NCBI GenBank assembly: GCA_051013385.1
Contig: CP143273.1
Coordinates: 1,408,001 to 1,472,000, forward strand
From: Phormidium sp.
Lineage (GTDB): Bacteria > Cyanobacteriota > Cyanobacteriia > Cyanobacteriales > Aerosakkonemataceae
Direction: 5' to 3'
DNA length: 64,000 nt
A model generated the notes under the pieces. The model had not been told where the DNA came from, made no database searches, and saw only the letters and a program-made list of their open reading frames with translations. This document shows positions 32,136-41,713 of this stretch, piece by piece. The translations under genes were made by a program, and so were the position numbers. Position 1 is the stretch's first letter; each line of letters opens with the position of its first letter.

Positions 32136-33242
32136 TTAAGCCAGAGAATCAGCTTTTGAAACTAACTGCGCTTTTGTGGAAGAAGAAGTCCGACGCTTTA
32201 ACATCCAAGCACCACCAAAGATTAATAAAGCTAAGGCGGAAGTCGGTTCGGGAACTGGCTTAGGTTGGGGGCTTGGTTGAGATGAAGAAGTCATCTTGAA
32301 ACTAGCAGTTTCTCTGTCAAAGATGAACTGACTTGAATAAGTTGGACTTGAAAGTGCTTTTAAATCACTAGCAGTGAAACCCTGATTGCTAGTAACTTTA
32401 AATTTGGAAACCCCACTACCTAACAGTTTAACGAAGTCAATATTATCACCGGATTTATATTGACCAACGATAGAATCTCCCACAGAAATAGTAAACAAAC
32501 TACTGTCATTCAGACCAGCCAAAAAGTTAGAGACTGCATTAAATTTGGCATCTCCAGCCATCTCCAATTCAAAACTATTACCTGATAGATTGGATGGAGT
32601 AGCGAACCAAAAACCACTTTGGGCATTATCAAACATTAAAGCATCGCCGACTTGTTGGGCTGAAATTGGCACGAGTCGAGAGGAACCTGTGACAACTGAA
32701 TGAGTAACTGTTTCGCTAATATTTCCCCCTGAAGCTAACTCAGAAAAGCTCGCTCCAATCGCACAAGACTTACCAGAAAGTATACATTCTAGCATGGTTT
32801 CTTTGCTTGCTATGATGTCAGAGGCAATAGAAAATCGGCTTTGAGTTGGGGTTCCGTCATCCTTTTTGACGAGCAGATCGAAATAGTTGTAGTTCTTGCT
32901 TGGATCGTTACGGTTGGAGTTATTTAAAGCCAAAAATTCTCTTTGAGTTGAATCCAATTTGAAGTCTATTGCTGTACCATCTAAAAACAACTTAAAATCA
33001 GTGATATCACCATTTCCTCCATATAAAGTCGAATCAGCTATCCCATTTTGATCGTACTGAGGGTTAGAGATATTAGAAAGCCAATTACTATAAAGATAGT
33101 CGCTCACCGTGTAGCTGCCTTTAATTCGGTTTCCATTAAAATTAAAAGTGACAGCATCAGCGGAAAGGGTCGTCAATCCTAAAGCTACTAGAGTGGTACT
33201 GGTAGCAGATAAAAATAATTTTTGCCAAGTTTGAGAAAACAT
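32136..33242 (-). CDS. PEP-CTERM sorting domain protein
   Basis: Signal peptide from MFSQTWQK; C-terminal VPEPTSALALLIFGGAWMLKRR. Confidence 0.9.
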   Translation of the reverse strand: MFSQTWQKLFLSATSTTLVALGLTTLSADAVTFNFNGNRIKGSYTVSDYLYSNWLSNISNPQYDQNGIADSTLYGGNGDITDFKLFLDGTAIDFKLDSTQREFLALNNSNRNDPSKNYNYFDLLVKKDDGTPTQSRFSIASDIIASKETMLECILSGKSCAIGASFSELASGGNISETVTHSVVTGSSRLVPISAQQVGDALMFDNAQSGFWFATPSNLSGNSFELEMAGDAKFNAVSNFLAGLNDSSLFTISVGDSIVGQYKSGDNIDFVKLLGSGVSKFKVTSNQGFTASDLKALSSPTYSSQFIFDRETASFKMTSSSQPSPQPKPVPEPTSALALLIFGGAWMLKRRTSSSTKAQLVSKADSLA

Positions 33243-33303
33243 ATCTTTGTCCTTTACTTTTTGGAGTTGCAATTGTTTAGAATTAATCAGGTTTTGTTTG
33301 TTT

Positions 33304-33427
33304 AACCTGTATTCAGTTTCCCCGATCGCACTCACTCGCGTCGATAGACAAAGTTACAAGACAATTTTGATTAAATTTGTTAACTCTCAGTTAAATAGAT
33401 ATGACAAAGTTACAGGAAGTTACAGCT
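33304..33427 (-). promoter_or_regulatory. Conserved promoter/operator copy 2 (faces the PEP-CTERM gene, divergent from the HTH-AAA gene)
   Basis: AAGTTACA boxes at 33351, 33407, 33417; TCGACG-N18-GAAACT on the minus strand; extended similarity to copy 1. Confidence 0.7.
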
Positions 33428-33471
33428 GGTTCAGTACAATATCAATAAAATACGCCTTTAGACAGCTACAA

Positions 33472-34845
33472 ATGAAAAAGCTTTCTGAATCTATGGACTG
33501 GGAATGTGGACTTGAAATGATTAACCAGGCATTACTGGCGAAAGTAGGTAGGCAGCTAAGTCTGGTTGAAGTAGCGATTCTTAAAGGTGCTTGGGAAGGC
33601 GAGACTTACGAAGCTATTGCCGACGCAGCTAACTATTCGGCTGGTTATCTGAAGCGGCACGTAGGCCCAAAACTGTGGCAAATGCTGTCTGAAGCTTTGG
33701 AACAACAGGTGAGTAAGTCAAATTTTCGCTTGGCTTTGGAGCAAATCAGACAACAAAATCAGGAGTCAGATGTGCTTGTTCCGGCAATCAATCCTACCCC
33801 GGTTTTAAAACCTGTTAGTAATAGCGATCGCACAGAAGAAACGCCAATTGTCGATCGCTATGTGAAGCGCGAACCAATTGAAACTATCTGTTATGAAACT
33901 CTTTTACAACCAGGTTCTTTAATTCGCATTAAAGCTCCTAGTTTAATGGGAAAAACCTTACTTGTGAATCATACTTTGGCAAAATTAGCAACTGGAGGCT
34001 ATCGAACTGGTAATTTAAGTTTTGAATTAGCCGATCGCAAAACTCATTTAACTAATCTCGATAAATTTTTACGTTGGTTTTGTATTAACGTTAGCCGAGA
34101 GTTAGAAATTCCTCCGCAGTTAGATGATTATTGGGATGAGGAAGATATGGGTTCTAAAGTAAGCTGTACTACTTACTTTGAAGATTATCTTTTATCTCAA
34201 GATGATAGTCCAGTTGTATTATGTTTAGATGATGTAGATTTACTCTTTCCTCATCCTGAAATTTACGAAGATTTTTTTGGCTTGTTGCGATCGTGGTATG
34301 AAAAAGCTAGAAGTCGCCAACGTTGGAAAAAATTACGCTTAATTATCGTCCATTCCACAGATGTTTATATCCGCTTAAATATCAATCAATCTCCCTTTAA
34401 TGTTGGTTTACCCATAGAACTATCAGAATTTAGTAGCGAACAAGTAGCAGAATTAGCAAAGCAACAGGGATTAGAACCAACAAAAGATATCATCGAACCA
34501 CTAATGCAATTATTAGGAGGTCATCCTTATTTAATAGAACAAGCGTTATTCCACCTAAAAAATCATCCCGAAATAAGTTTACAACAGATGTTAGCAGATG
34601 CTCCTACAGATCGGGGAATTTACGCTAGTCATTTGCGAAAATATTGGTTAAATTTACAATCAAACCCAGATTTGGCAGAAGCGTTTAAAAAAGTCATCAC
34701 TTCTAACCAACCCGTGCATCTACAACCTATCCAAGCTTACCAGTTACAAAGTATGGGTTTAGTCAAACTTACTGGTAATGAAATCGAGCCTCGCTGTAAA
34801 TTATATTGCCAGTATTTCCTCCAACATTTAGAGGATACTCAATGA
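33472..34845 (+). CDS. N-terminal HTH (vWA-MoxR-associated type) + AAA_35 ATPase
   Basis: [22 protein letters not shown]...[54 protein letters not shown]; start set at ATG 33472. Confidence 0.85.
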   Translation: MKKLSESMDWECGLEMINQALLAKVGRQLSLVEVAILKGAWEGETYEAIADAANYSAGYLKRHVGPKLWQMLSEALEQQVSKSNFRLALEQIRQQNQESDVLVPAINPTPVLKPVSNSDRTEETPIVDRYVKREPIETICYETLLQPGSLIRIKAPSLMGKTLLVNHTLAKLATGGYRTGNLSFELADRKTHLTNLDKFLRWFCINVSRELEIPPQLDDYWDEEDMGSKVSCTTYFEDYLLSQDDSPVVLCLDDVDLLFPHPEIYEDFFGLLRSWYEKARSRQRWKKLRLIIVHSTDVYIRLNINQSPFNVGLPIELSEFSSEQVAELAKQQGLEPTKDIIEPLMQLLGGHPYLIEQALFHLKNHPEISLQQMLADAPTDRGIYASHLRKYWLNLQSNPDLAEAFKKVITSNQPVHLQPIQAYQLQSMGLVKLTGNEIEPRCKLYCQYFLQHLEDTQ

Positions 34846-37784
34846 ACATTGAACGGGATACTATTTATAAATACCAGATTGGGGGAAGCTTACCCGCCAG
34901 CGCTCCCACTTACGTAACTCGACAAGCAGATTTAGACCTTTATCATGCTTTGCTAGCGGGGGAATATTGCTATGTTTTAAATTCCCGCCAAATGGGAAAA
35001 TCTTCCCTCAGAATTCAGACAATGAGCAAGTTACAAGCACAAGGTATTAGTTGCACTGAAATTGAATTGAGTGGAATTGGTAGCCAGCAAATTACAGCGC
35101 AGCAATGGTACGGAGGGATAATTCAAGAGTTAATTAGTGGCTTTGATTTACAGGTAAATCGACGCAATTGGTTGCGCGAACATGAGGATCTTTCGCCTGT
35201 ACAACGTTTGGGAAAGTTTATCGAAACTGTATTGCTGGATCAAGTCAGCGGAAATCTGGCAATTTTTATCGATGAAATTGATAGTGTTTTAGGTTTAAGT
35301 TTTCCTACAGATGAGTTTTTTGCTTTAATTCGGAATTGCTACGATAAACGAGCAACTAAACCGGAATATCAACGCTTAACTTTTGTTTTGTTGGGAGTTG
35401 CAACGCCTTCGGATTTAATTCAAGATAAAAATTCTACTCCTTTTAATATTGGGAGAGCGATCGAATTAAAAGGTTTTCAATTAGAGGAATGTGTTACTTT
35501 AGCACCAGGGTTAGAAGGAAAAGCAAACAATCCTCAAGCGGTTTTAAAAGAGGTTTTAAGTTGGAGTGGTGGACAACCATTTTTAACTCAAAAACTTTGT
35601 TGGTTAATAGTTAATTGTTCTGAAGATGAAATCATTCCTGATGGTGAGGAAAAAGCATGGGTTGAGCGGTTGGTGCAAAAGCGAATTTTGGAAAATTGGG
35701 AATCTCAGGATGAACCGGAACATTTAAGAACAATTCGCGATCGCATTCTCAGAAATGCTCGTTCAACCGAAAACCTACTCCTACTATATCAGCAAATTTT
35801 ACGCCAAGGAAAACTCGCAGCTAACAATAGTCACGAACATCTAGAGTTAAGATTATCAGGATTAGTCATCAAACAACAAGGTAATTTAGTTGGATATAAT
35901 CGGATTTATAAAACTATATTTAACGCTGATTGGGTAATAGCACAACTTAAAGTTATTCAGCCTAATTTAACGGAAGAGGAACCGGAAAATTTAACTTTAC
36001 CGCCTACTTCTAGAAATAAAAAAATTCTAGCTGCGATAGCCTTTACGGATGTGGTTTCTTTTACTACAAAAATGGCAGCAGACGAACATCATACATTAGC
36101 TTTAATCGAGCGTGACTTTAAGTTAATGAAAGAGATTTGTCAGGGATATGAAGGACAAATACTCAAATCTCTAGGTGATGGAATTCTCATGTATTTTACG
36201 AGTGTGGAAAAAGCTGTTGCTTGCTCGATCGACATTCAAAAATCATTAGCTTTAGCTGCGGCTAATTTACCCAAAAATGATGTTTTGTTGCACAGAATTG
36301 GCATTCATTTAGGAGAAGTTTTTTTTAGCGGTAGTGATGTGATGGGAAATGGCGTAAATTTGGCAGCACGTCTGCAATCAGAAGCAGAATCAGGGGGAAT
36401 TTGTATCTCGGAAAATGCTTACAAAGCGACGAAACTTGACTTACAAAAACAGGCATTTTATGTAGGAATGCGCCAGCTAAAAGGTATTTCAAATCCCGTA
36501 CCAGTTTATCAAATACCTGCTTTTTATTCGCTAACTGAAGCGGGAGTTAAATTACAATTAAATCCTTTAAAAAGGCGGGCAATAAATTGGTTAAAAGTAG
36601 TGTTAGTGAGTGCGATCGCAACTAGTTTAACAGTAGGAGTGCGATCGCTCGGTTGGTTGCAAACTTGGGAATTACAAACTTTTGATTTATTAATGCAATT
36701 AAGACCTCAAGAAAAGCCAGATGAACGGCTTTTATTAGTAACTATTACCGAAGAAGATGTGCAATCTCAACCATCTGAAGAAAGAGTAGGTAGTTCATTA
36801 TCCGATCGTTCCTTATTTCAACTAATAACTAAACTAGAAAAATATCAACCAAAAGCGATTGGATTGGACATTTATCGCGATCGTCCAACAGCCAAAGATT
36901 ATCAGAATTTAGCTAATTGGATGAAAAAGAGCGATCGTTTTTTTGCCATCTGTCATTACGGAAACCCTGGAGTTATTCCCCCACCGGAAATTCCCCCATC
37001 TCGCCAAGGTTTTAATAATGTAGCAACCGATATTGATGGCATTCTGCGCCGTCATTTATTAGCTGTTAGTTTACCATCTCCTTGCCAAAATAAATACTCT
37101 TTTAGCTGGCAAATAGCAACCCATTATCTAAAGGAACAAAAAATTAAAGCTAAAGTAAATCCAGATGATTATCTTCAGATTGGTTCAACAGTATTTAAAA
37201 CATTAAAAAGTAACACAGGTGGCTATCATAATATAGATGCAAGCGGTCATCAAATCATGTTAAATTACCGTGCTACAAATCAGATTGCTAAAAGGATTAC
37301 TTTGCGAGAAGCTTTGAGCGATCGATTAAATCCTGAATTAGTAAAAAATCGCATAGTTCTCATTGGTACTACTGCTCCCAGTTTTAACGATCATAATTGG
37401 CGGACACCATACAGCAGCAATCAAGGAGCAATTAAAACAATGACAGGAGTAGAAATACAAGCACAGATGATTAGCCAAATTCTCAGTGCTGTTTTGAATC
37501 AAAGACCTTTGATTTGGTGGTTGCCAAAACCTGTAGAAATTGTTTGGATTTTCTGCTGGTCATTATTAGGAGCAATATTAGCTAAACTCTCTTATTCATG
37601 GGAAACTTTTATAATTAAACAAGGAATTGCTATTGCTATCCTCTGCGGTAGTTGCTTTTTGATTCTAAGTTTTCAAAGCGGTTGGATAGCTTTATTACCC
37701 GCAATTTTAGGATTAGCAATTAGTGGAGGAGGAACAATCTTTCTCCTGAAAAAGTACAATAAACATCTCCCAAAAAGATTGTAG
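34842..37784 (+). CDS. AAA_35 ATPase - class III nucleotide cyclase - CHASE2 membrane sensor
   Basis: [58 protein letters not shown]2 [23 protein letters not shown]-terminal TMs; ATGA overlap. Confidence 0.9.
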   Translation: MNIERDTIYKYQIGGSLPASAPTYVTRQADLDLYHALLAGEYCYVLNSRQMGKSSLRIQTMSKLQAQGISCTEIELSGIGSQQITAQQWYGGIIQELISGFDLQVNRRNWLREHEDLSPVQRLGKFIETVLLDQVSGNLAIFIDEIDSVLGLSFPTDEFFALIRNCYDKRATKPEYQRLTFVLLGVATPSDLIQDKNSTPFNIGRAIELKGFQLEECVTLAPGLEGKANNPQAVLKEVLSWSGGQPFLTQKLCWLIVNCSEDEIIPDGEEKAWVERLVQKRILENWESQDEPEHLRTIRDRILRNARSTENLLLLYQQILRQGKLAANNSHEHLELRLSGLVIKQQGNLVGYNRIYKTIFNADWVIAQLKVIQPNLTEEEPENLTLPPTSRNKKILAAIAFTDVVSFTTKMAADEHHTLALIERDFKLMKEICQGYEGQILKSLGDGILMYFTSVEKAVACSIDIQKSLALAAANLPKNDVLLHRIGIHLGEVFFSGSDVMGNGVNLAARLQSEAESGGICISENAYKATKLDLQKQAFYVGMRQLKGISNPVPVYQIPAFYSLTEAGVKLQLNPLKRRAINWLKVVLVSAIATSLTVGVRSLGWLQTWELQTFDLLMQLRPQEKPDERLLLVTITEEDVQSQPSEERVGSSLSDRSLFQLITKLEKYQPKAIGLDIYRDRPTAKDYQNLANWMKKSDRFFAICHYGNPGVIPPPEIPPSRQGFNNVATDIDGILRRHLLAVSLPSPCQNKYSFSWQIATHYLKEQKIKAKVNPDDYLQIGSTVFKTLKSNTGGYHNIDASGHQIMLNYRATNQIAKRITLREALSDRLNPELVKNRIVLIGTTAPSFNDHNWRTPYSSNQGAIKTMTGVEIQAQMISQILSAVLNQRPLIWWLPKPVEIVWIFCWSLLGAILAKLSYSWETFIIKQGIAIAILCGSCFLILSFQSGWIALLPAILGLAISGGGTIFLLKKYNKHLPKRL

Positions 37785-37898
37785 AGACGTTGTATACAAC
37801 GTCCGAACCCTTGTAGAGACGTTGTATACAACGTCTCTACAAGGGTTCGGTGGTAACGGACTAATATATCCCCGACTTCTTGAAGAAGTCGGGGATCT
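37780..37898. repeat. Palindromic REP-like repeats
   Basis: TTGTAGAGACGTTGTATACAACGTCTCTACAA and ATCCCCGACTTCTTGAAGAAGTCGGGGAT; the latter recurs at 50170-50202. Confidence 0.85.
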
Positions 37899-37902
37899 GA
37901 GC

Positions 37903-37996
37903 AGCTGTAACTACCTGTAAAATTCCCTCCTACTTTGCTGAAACTTTATCTATCGACAGCCCTAAATTAATCTGACAAGCTAAATATTAGGTTAAC
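37903..37996 (+). promoter_or_regulatory. Conserved promoter/operator copy 3 (faces the 72-aa ORF)
   Basis: CTGTAA boxes at 37905 and 37915, CTGAAACTT at 37938; TCGACA-N17-CAAGCT, then AGGTTAA as in copies 1 and 2. Confidence 0.65.
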
Positions 37997-38023
37997 CCGA
38001 AGAGGTCATCCAAGCAATTACTA

Positions 38024-38242
38024 ATGATGAGGGACAGCGCTATGAATAATCAATTTCTCAGCTATCAAAAAGTAGAATCTGCGCTCTTACCTTTACAACA
38101 TACTGAAGCGCATCTGAGTAGCTTTGTTCAGTGGGTATTGCAAACAACTTCAGGTGAAAATGTTCCCACCGATGCAGCTTTAGAATTGCTCGATCGCGCC
38201 TGGGAAGCACAAAAATTACTTTGGCAACTACAAGAAGGTTAA
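38024..38242 (+). CDS. Small hypothetical protein (72 aa)
   Basis: ORF directly downstream of promoter copy 3; predicted helical. Confidence 0.6.
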   Translation: MMRDSAMNNQFLSYQKVESALLPLQHTEAHLSSFVQWVLQTTSGENVPTDAALELLDRAWEAQKLLWQLQEG

Positions 38243-39123
38243 TTTATCGAGGAGAAGCTATTCTCACTTTCAACCGTGAATCTTTTACAACTATTGCTGA
38301 TAGTAAAACTTCCTTCTTCTGTTTCCCATCATCTGTAGCAATTAATGATAATAGTACTGTAGTTTTTGTAGCTGAATTGGACACAGGAAACCGAGGCATA
38401 TTCAAATTTAACGGAGGCTATACTAAACAGATTGCTGAGTTACCTGCAAAAGACGCTTTAAGTATTTACGACCCCATGATTACCAGGGTTGCTATTAATA
38501 AGTCGGGTACAGTTGCCTTTACATACTGGGAATTTGTCGATTTTCTGCCCGGTTACTCTGCTTTGTATATTAATGATTCGATCGATCCGATCGCAGATAA
38601 CATCGGCAAGTTTGCTCCTTTCACTAATTTGGCAATTAATGATGAAGCTAAACTAGTTTTTTCTGCTGATTTAGCTTCAGGAAACCAAGGCATTTTTCTT
38701 TATGACGGTAAGGAGATAATTGAAATTGCTAACAACAATTATGGCAGTTATTTTCAAGACTTCAGCCTTTCTAACCCAGCGATTAATAACCAAGGTACTG
38801 TAGCATTCTTTGCCGAACAAAACTTTAGTGGTGATAATTCTTATCAAGGTATTTTCACTGGCTCAAACCCGGAAACTGATAAAGTAATAGCTGTTGGCGA
38901 CGATTTGCTTGGTTCTAAAGTAAAAAAACTGAGCTTTTCTAGTCAAGGATTAAATAATTTAGGTCAAATCGCTTTTTATGCCGAATTAGAAAATGGCACT
39001 AAAGGATTTTTTCTTGCTAACCCCAGACTTAAGTCTGTTTCCGAACCTATATCTGTATTCTCTTTGTTAACTATGGTTGCTGATGGTTTAACTATGAAGC
39101 GATCGCAAGAAAATATTATTTAG
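38221..39123 (+). pseudogene. N-terminally truncated NxxGxxAF-repeat (choice-of-anchor) protein with degenerate PEP-CTERM
   Basis: AINDNSTVVF, AINKSGTVAF, AINNQGTVAF, LNNLGQIAF; VSEPISVFSLL tail; no signal peptide or good start. Confidence 0.65.
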
Positions 39124-39183
39124 CCAGAATCACAACCTGCAATATACTGTATTAAAGATGAAAAATAGCAGGGGTTTGAGTTA

Positions 39184-41553
39184 ATGAAGGCGCAGCAATT
39201 GGGGTTTTCTGTGTTCTATTTAGTTGCTTGTACTCCAGCGATCGCGCAAATTGTCCCAGATCCCACTTTACCAACTAATTCCTTAATTACCCAAGAGGGA
39301 AATATCAGCGTTATCAAAGGAGGAACACAAGTAGGCGGAAATTTGTTCCACAGCTTTCGGGAGTTCTCTATTCCTACAAATGGCGAAGCTTTTTTTAACA
39401 ATGCAACCAATATTAAAAATATTTTTAGTCGGGTAACAGGTAGCTCTATTTCTAATATTGATGGCTTAATTAGAGCCAATGGTACAGCTAATTTATTTTT
39501 AATTAATCCCAATGGAATTATTTTTGGCTCCCAAGCAAGATTAAACATTGGCGGCTCGTTTTTGGCAAGTACAGCTAACAGTATAAACTTTGCCGATCGC
39601 ACTTTTTTCGCTGCAACTAATCCTGAATCAACAACCCTACTAACTATTAGTGTACCGATCGGCTTACAATTTGCGAGTAATCCAGGCAATATTGTCAATC
39701 AAGCTAGGGATATTAATAACAATGGTTTGCAAGTGCGATCGGGTAAAAGTTTAGCACTTGTGGGTGGTAATGTAATGCTTAATGGTGGGGTTTTACAAGC
39801 ACCGGGAGGTCAAATTGAATTGGGAGGTTTATCTAATGTTGGAACAGTTGGATTGAGTTTAGTTGGCGATCGATTAAACTTGCATTTTCCAGAAGGTGTA
39901 AAACGCTCAGATGTGTCGCTGAGCGATATGGCTCGTCTTTCGGTAGTACCTGATTTTAATAATACTGATTTGATGCAACCTCCGAGTAAAATAGCCATCA
40001 ATGCTCGGAATATAAATTTCGTCACAGGCATAGTTTTTGTCGAAACTTTACGCAATCCTTTATCTAGGAACAGAAAAGCCGGAGAGGTTACGTTTAACGC
40101 TACAGAATCCATCTCATTATCACCTATTTTTCTGATTGCAGATGGGATTGATGGTGTTATTAATATGCAAGCTCGATCGATTTCCTTGATTGACTCTGCA
40201 TTGCAAGTCAATAATTTTAGAGAAGGGGGAACTGCCAAGATATCTTTACAAGCTAAAGATCGTATATTTATAGATTTCGGTTTTATGGTCAGCAATACTT
40301 CGGGAAAAGTGCCCAGTGAAATTAACATTCAAGCTCGGTCAATTTCTATCACTAATCGCTCTCAAATCAGTTCCTTTGGGCTAGGCGATGGAGCTTTCGG
40401 AACAATTAACATTAACGCTCTTGATTCTGTTAGTATTTCCCACAGCCTTTTAACTAACTTTGCTCTTGATAGAACAGCTAGAGCAGGCAACATTAATATT
40501 AAAGCGCGATCGCTTTCTTTAACCGATGGTGCTCAAGTGAATGCCAGTACCGCTAGAAATACAAATGCCGGAAATATCGATATTGTTGCTGATTTTATTA
40601 CTATCTCTGGAATTGGTCGATCGATAATTAATAGCGGATTAAGTAGCGGCTTATTTGCTGATGCTACAGGTTCTAATTCCACAGGTTCGGGAGGCAATAT
40701 TAGGATTAGAACTGGGCAATTAATTGTCAGCGATGGAGGCAAAATTTCGGTGTTTAGTGATGGGAGAGGAGCAGCGGGAAACCTTTTCATTGATGCGGAT
40801 TTTATCAGATTAGAAAATCAAGCATCTCTCAATGCTGATACTAAAGCTGGGCAAGGTAATATTACTGTGAATTCTCCTTTTTTATTGATGCGTCAAGGTA
40901 GCCGAATTACTACTAACGCTGCTGGTAGTGCGATCGAAGGTGGCAATATCACTCTTGATCTCAAAAATGGCATTTTAGTCGCCTTAGAAAATAGCGATAT
41001 CAATGCTAATTCTCAAGAATTTAAAGGAGGAAAAGTTAGCATCAATGCTTTAGGAATTTTTGGCACTCAATCTCGGCTAACACCTACTTCAGAAAGTGAC
41101 ATTACTGCTAGTGGTGGCACAGAGGAATTAAGAGGAATAGTGCAAATCAATACCTCAATAGTTGACCCCAGTTCGGGATTAATCCAATTACCCGAAAATG
41201 TGGTAGATACTACTCGGTTAGTCGATCGACGTTGTTCTCGCCAACAACAGCAAAGTACATTTATAATTACAGGGCGTGGCGGCTTACCTATTCCCCCGAA
41301 TGAAGCCCTCAATGCTGATAGTATTTGGGAAGATTGGCGGATTAGTTCTGATAATCCCAAAACCAGGGAATTAAATTTAACTAATAGAAACCAGCCTGAA
41401 AGTATCAAGCCAAAACCCGAAATAATTGTCGAAGCCCAAGGATGGTACAAAGATGGCAATGGCAATATTATATTAACAGCACAAGCAAGTTCAGTAACGA
41501 CTCACGGAAATTGGTTGAATTCTCCCAATTGCTCACCTTTAATTACAAACTAG
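39184..41553 (+). CDS. Filamentous haemagglutinin family TpsA protein
   Basis: AQIVPDPTL, NLFHSFREFS, NPNGIIFG TPS domain; C-terminal FIITGRGGLP, IVEAQGW. Confidence 0.92.
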   Translation: MKAQQLGFSVFYLVACTPAIAQIVPDPTLPTNSLITQEGNISVIKGGTQVGGNLFHSFREFSIPTNGEAFFNNATNIKNIFSRVTGSSISNIDGLIRANGTANLFLINPNGIIFGSQARLNIGGSFLASTANSINFADRTFFAATNPESTTLLTISVPIGLQFASNPGNIVNQARDINNNGLQVRSGKSLALVGGNVMLNGGVLQAPGGQIELGGLSNVGTVGLSLVGDRLNLHFPEGVKRSDVSLSDMARLSVVPDFNNTDLMQPPSKIAINARNINFVTGIVFVETLRNPLSRNRKAGEVTFNATESISLSPIFLIADGIDGVINMQARSISLIDSALQVNNFREGGTAKISLQAKDRIFIDFGFMVSNTSGKVPSEINIQARSISITNRSQISSFGLGDGAFGTININALDSVSISHSLLTNFALDRTARAGNINIKARSLSLTDGAQVNASTARNTNAGNIDIVADFITISGIGRSIINSGLSSGLFADATGSNSTGSGGNIRIRTGQLIVSDGGKISVFSDGRGAAGNLFIDADFIRLENQASLNADTKAGQGNITVNSPFLLMRQGSRITTNAAGSAIEGGNITLDLKNGILVALENSDINANSQEFKGGKVSINALGIFGTQSRLTPTSESDITASGGTEELRGIVQINTSIVDPSSGLIQLPENVVDTTRLVDRRCSRQQQQSTFIITGRGGLPIPPNEALNADSIWEDWRISSDNPKTRELNLTNRNQPESIKPKPEIIVEAQGWYKDGNGNIILTAQASSVTTHGNWLNSPNCSPLITN

Positions 41554-41564
41554 TTCGGGATTTG

Positions 41565-41638
41565 CCTGATATTTAGTTTAATTTATCGCCTAATTCCTGT
41601 CGATAGATAAAGTTACAGTAAGTTACAGTAAGTTCAGA
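41565..41638 (-). promoter_or_regulatory. Conserved promoter/operator copy 4 (antisense into the first TpsA gene)
   Basis: AAGTTACAG at 41610 and 41620, AAGTTCAG at 41630; TCGACA-N17-TAAACT on the minus strand. Confidence 0.65.
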
Positions 41639-41713
41639 TAAAAGTATAAAAATATGATAAAAAAACTAGCTTTTATGATATAAAGAAAAATATTAAAGCT
41701 ATGAAATAATGCT

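Noticed and set aside
31981..33425. TGTAAC boxes as NtcA or CRP sites
   Set aside because: NtcA (GTA-N8-TAC) and CRP (TGTGA-N6-TCACA) sites are palindromic; these are 10-bp-phased direct repeats without the second half-site.
33247..33471. 75-aa N-terminal extension of the HTH-AAA ORF, and the 31-aa extension of the PEP-CTERM ORF
   Set aside because: Non-ATG start running through the shared promoter and overlapping the divergent gene; the domains begin at ATG 33472 and ATG 33242.
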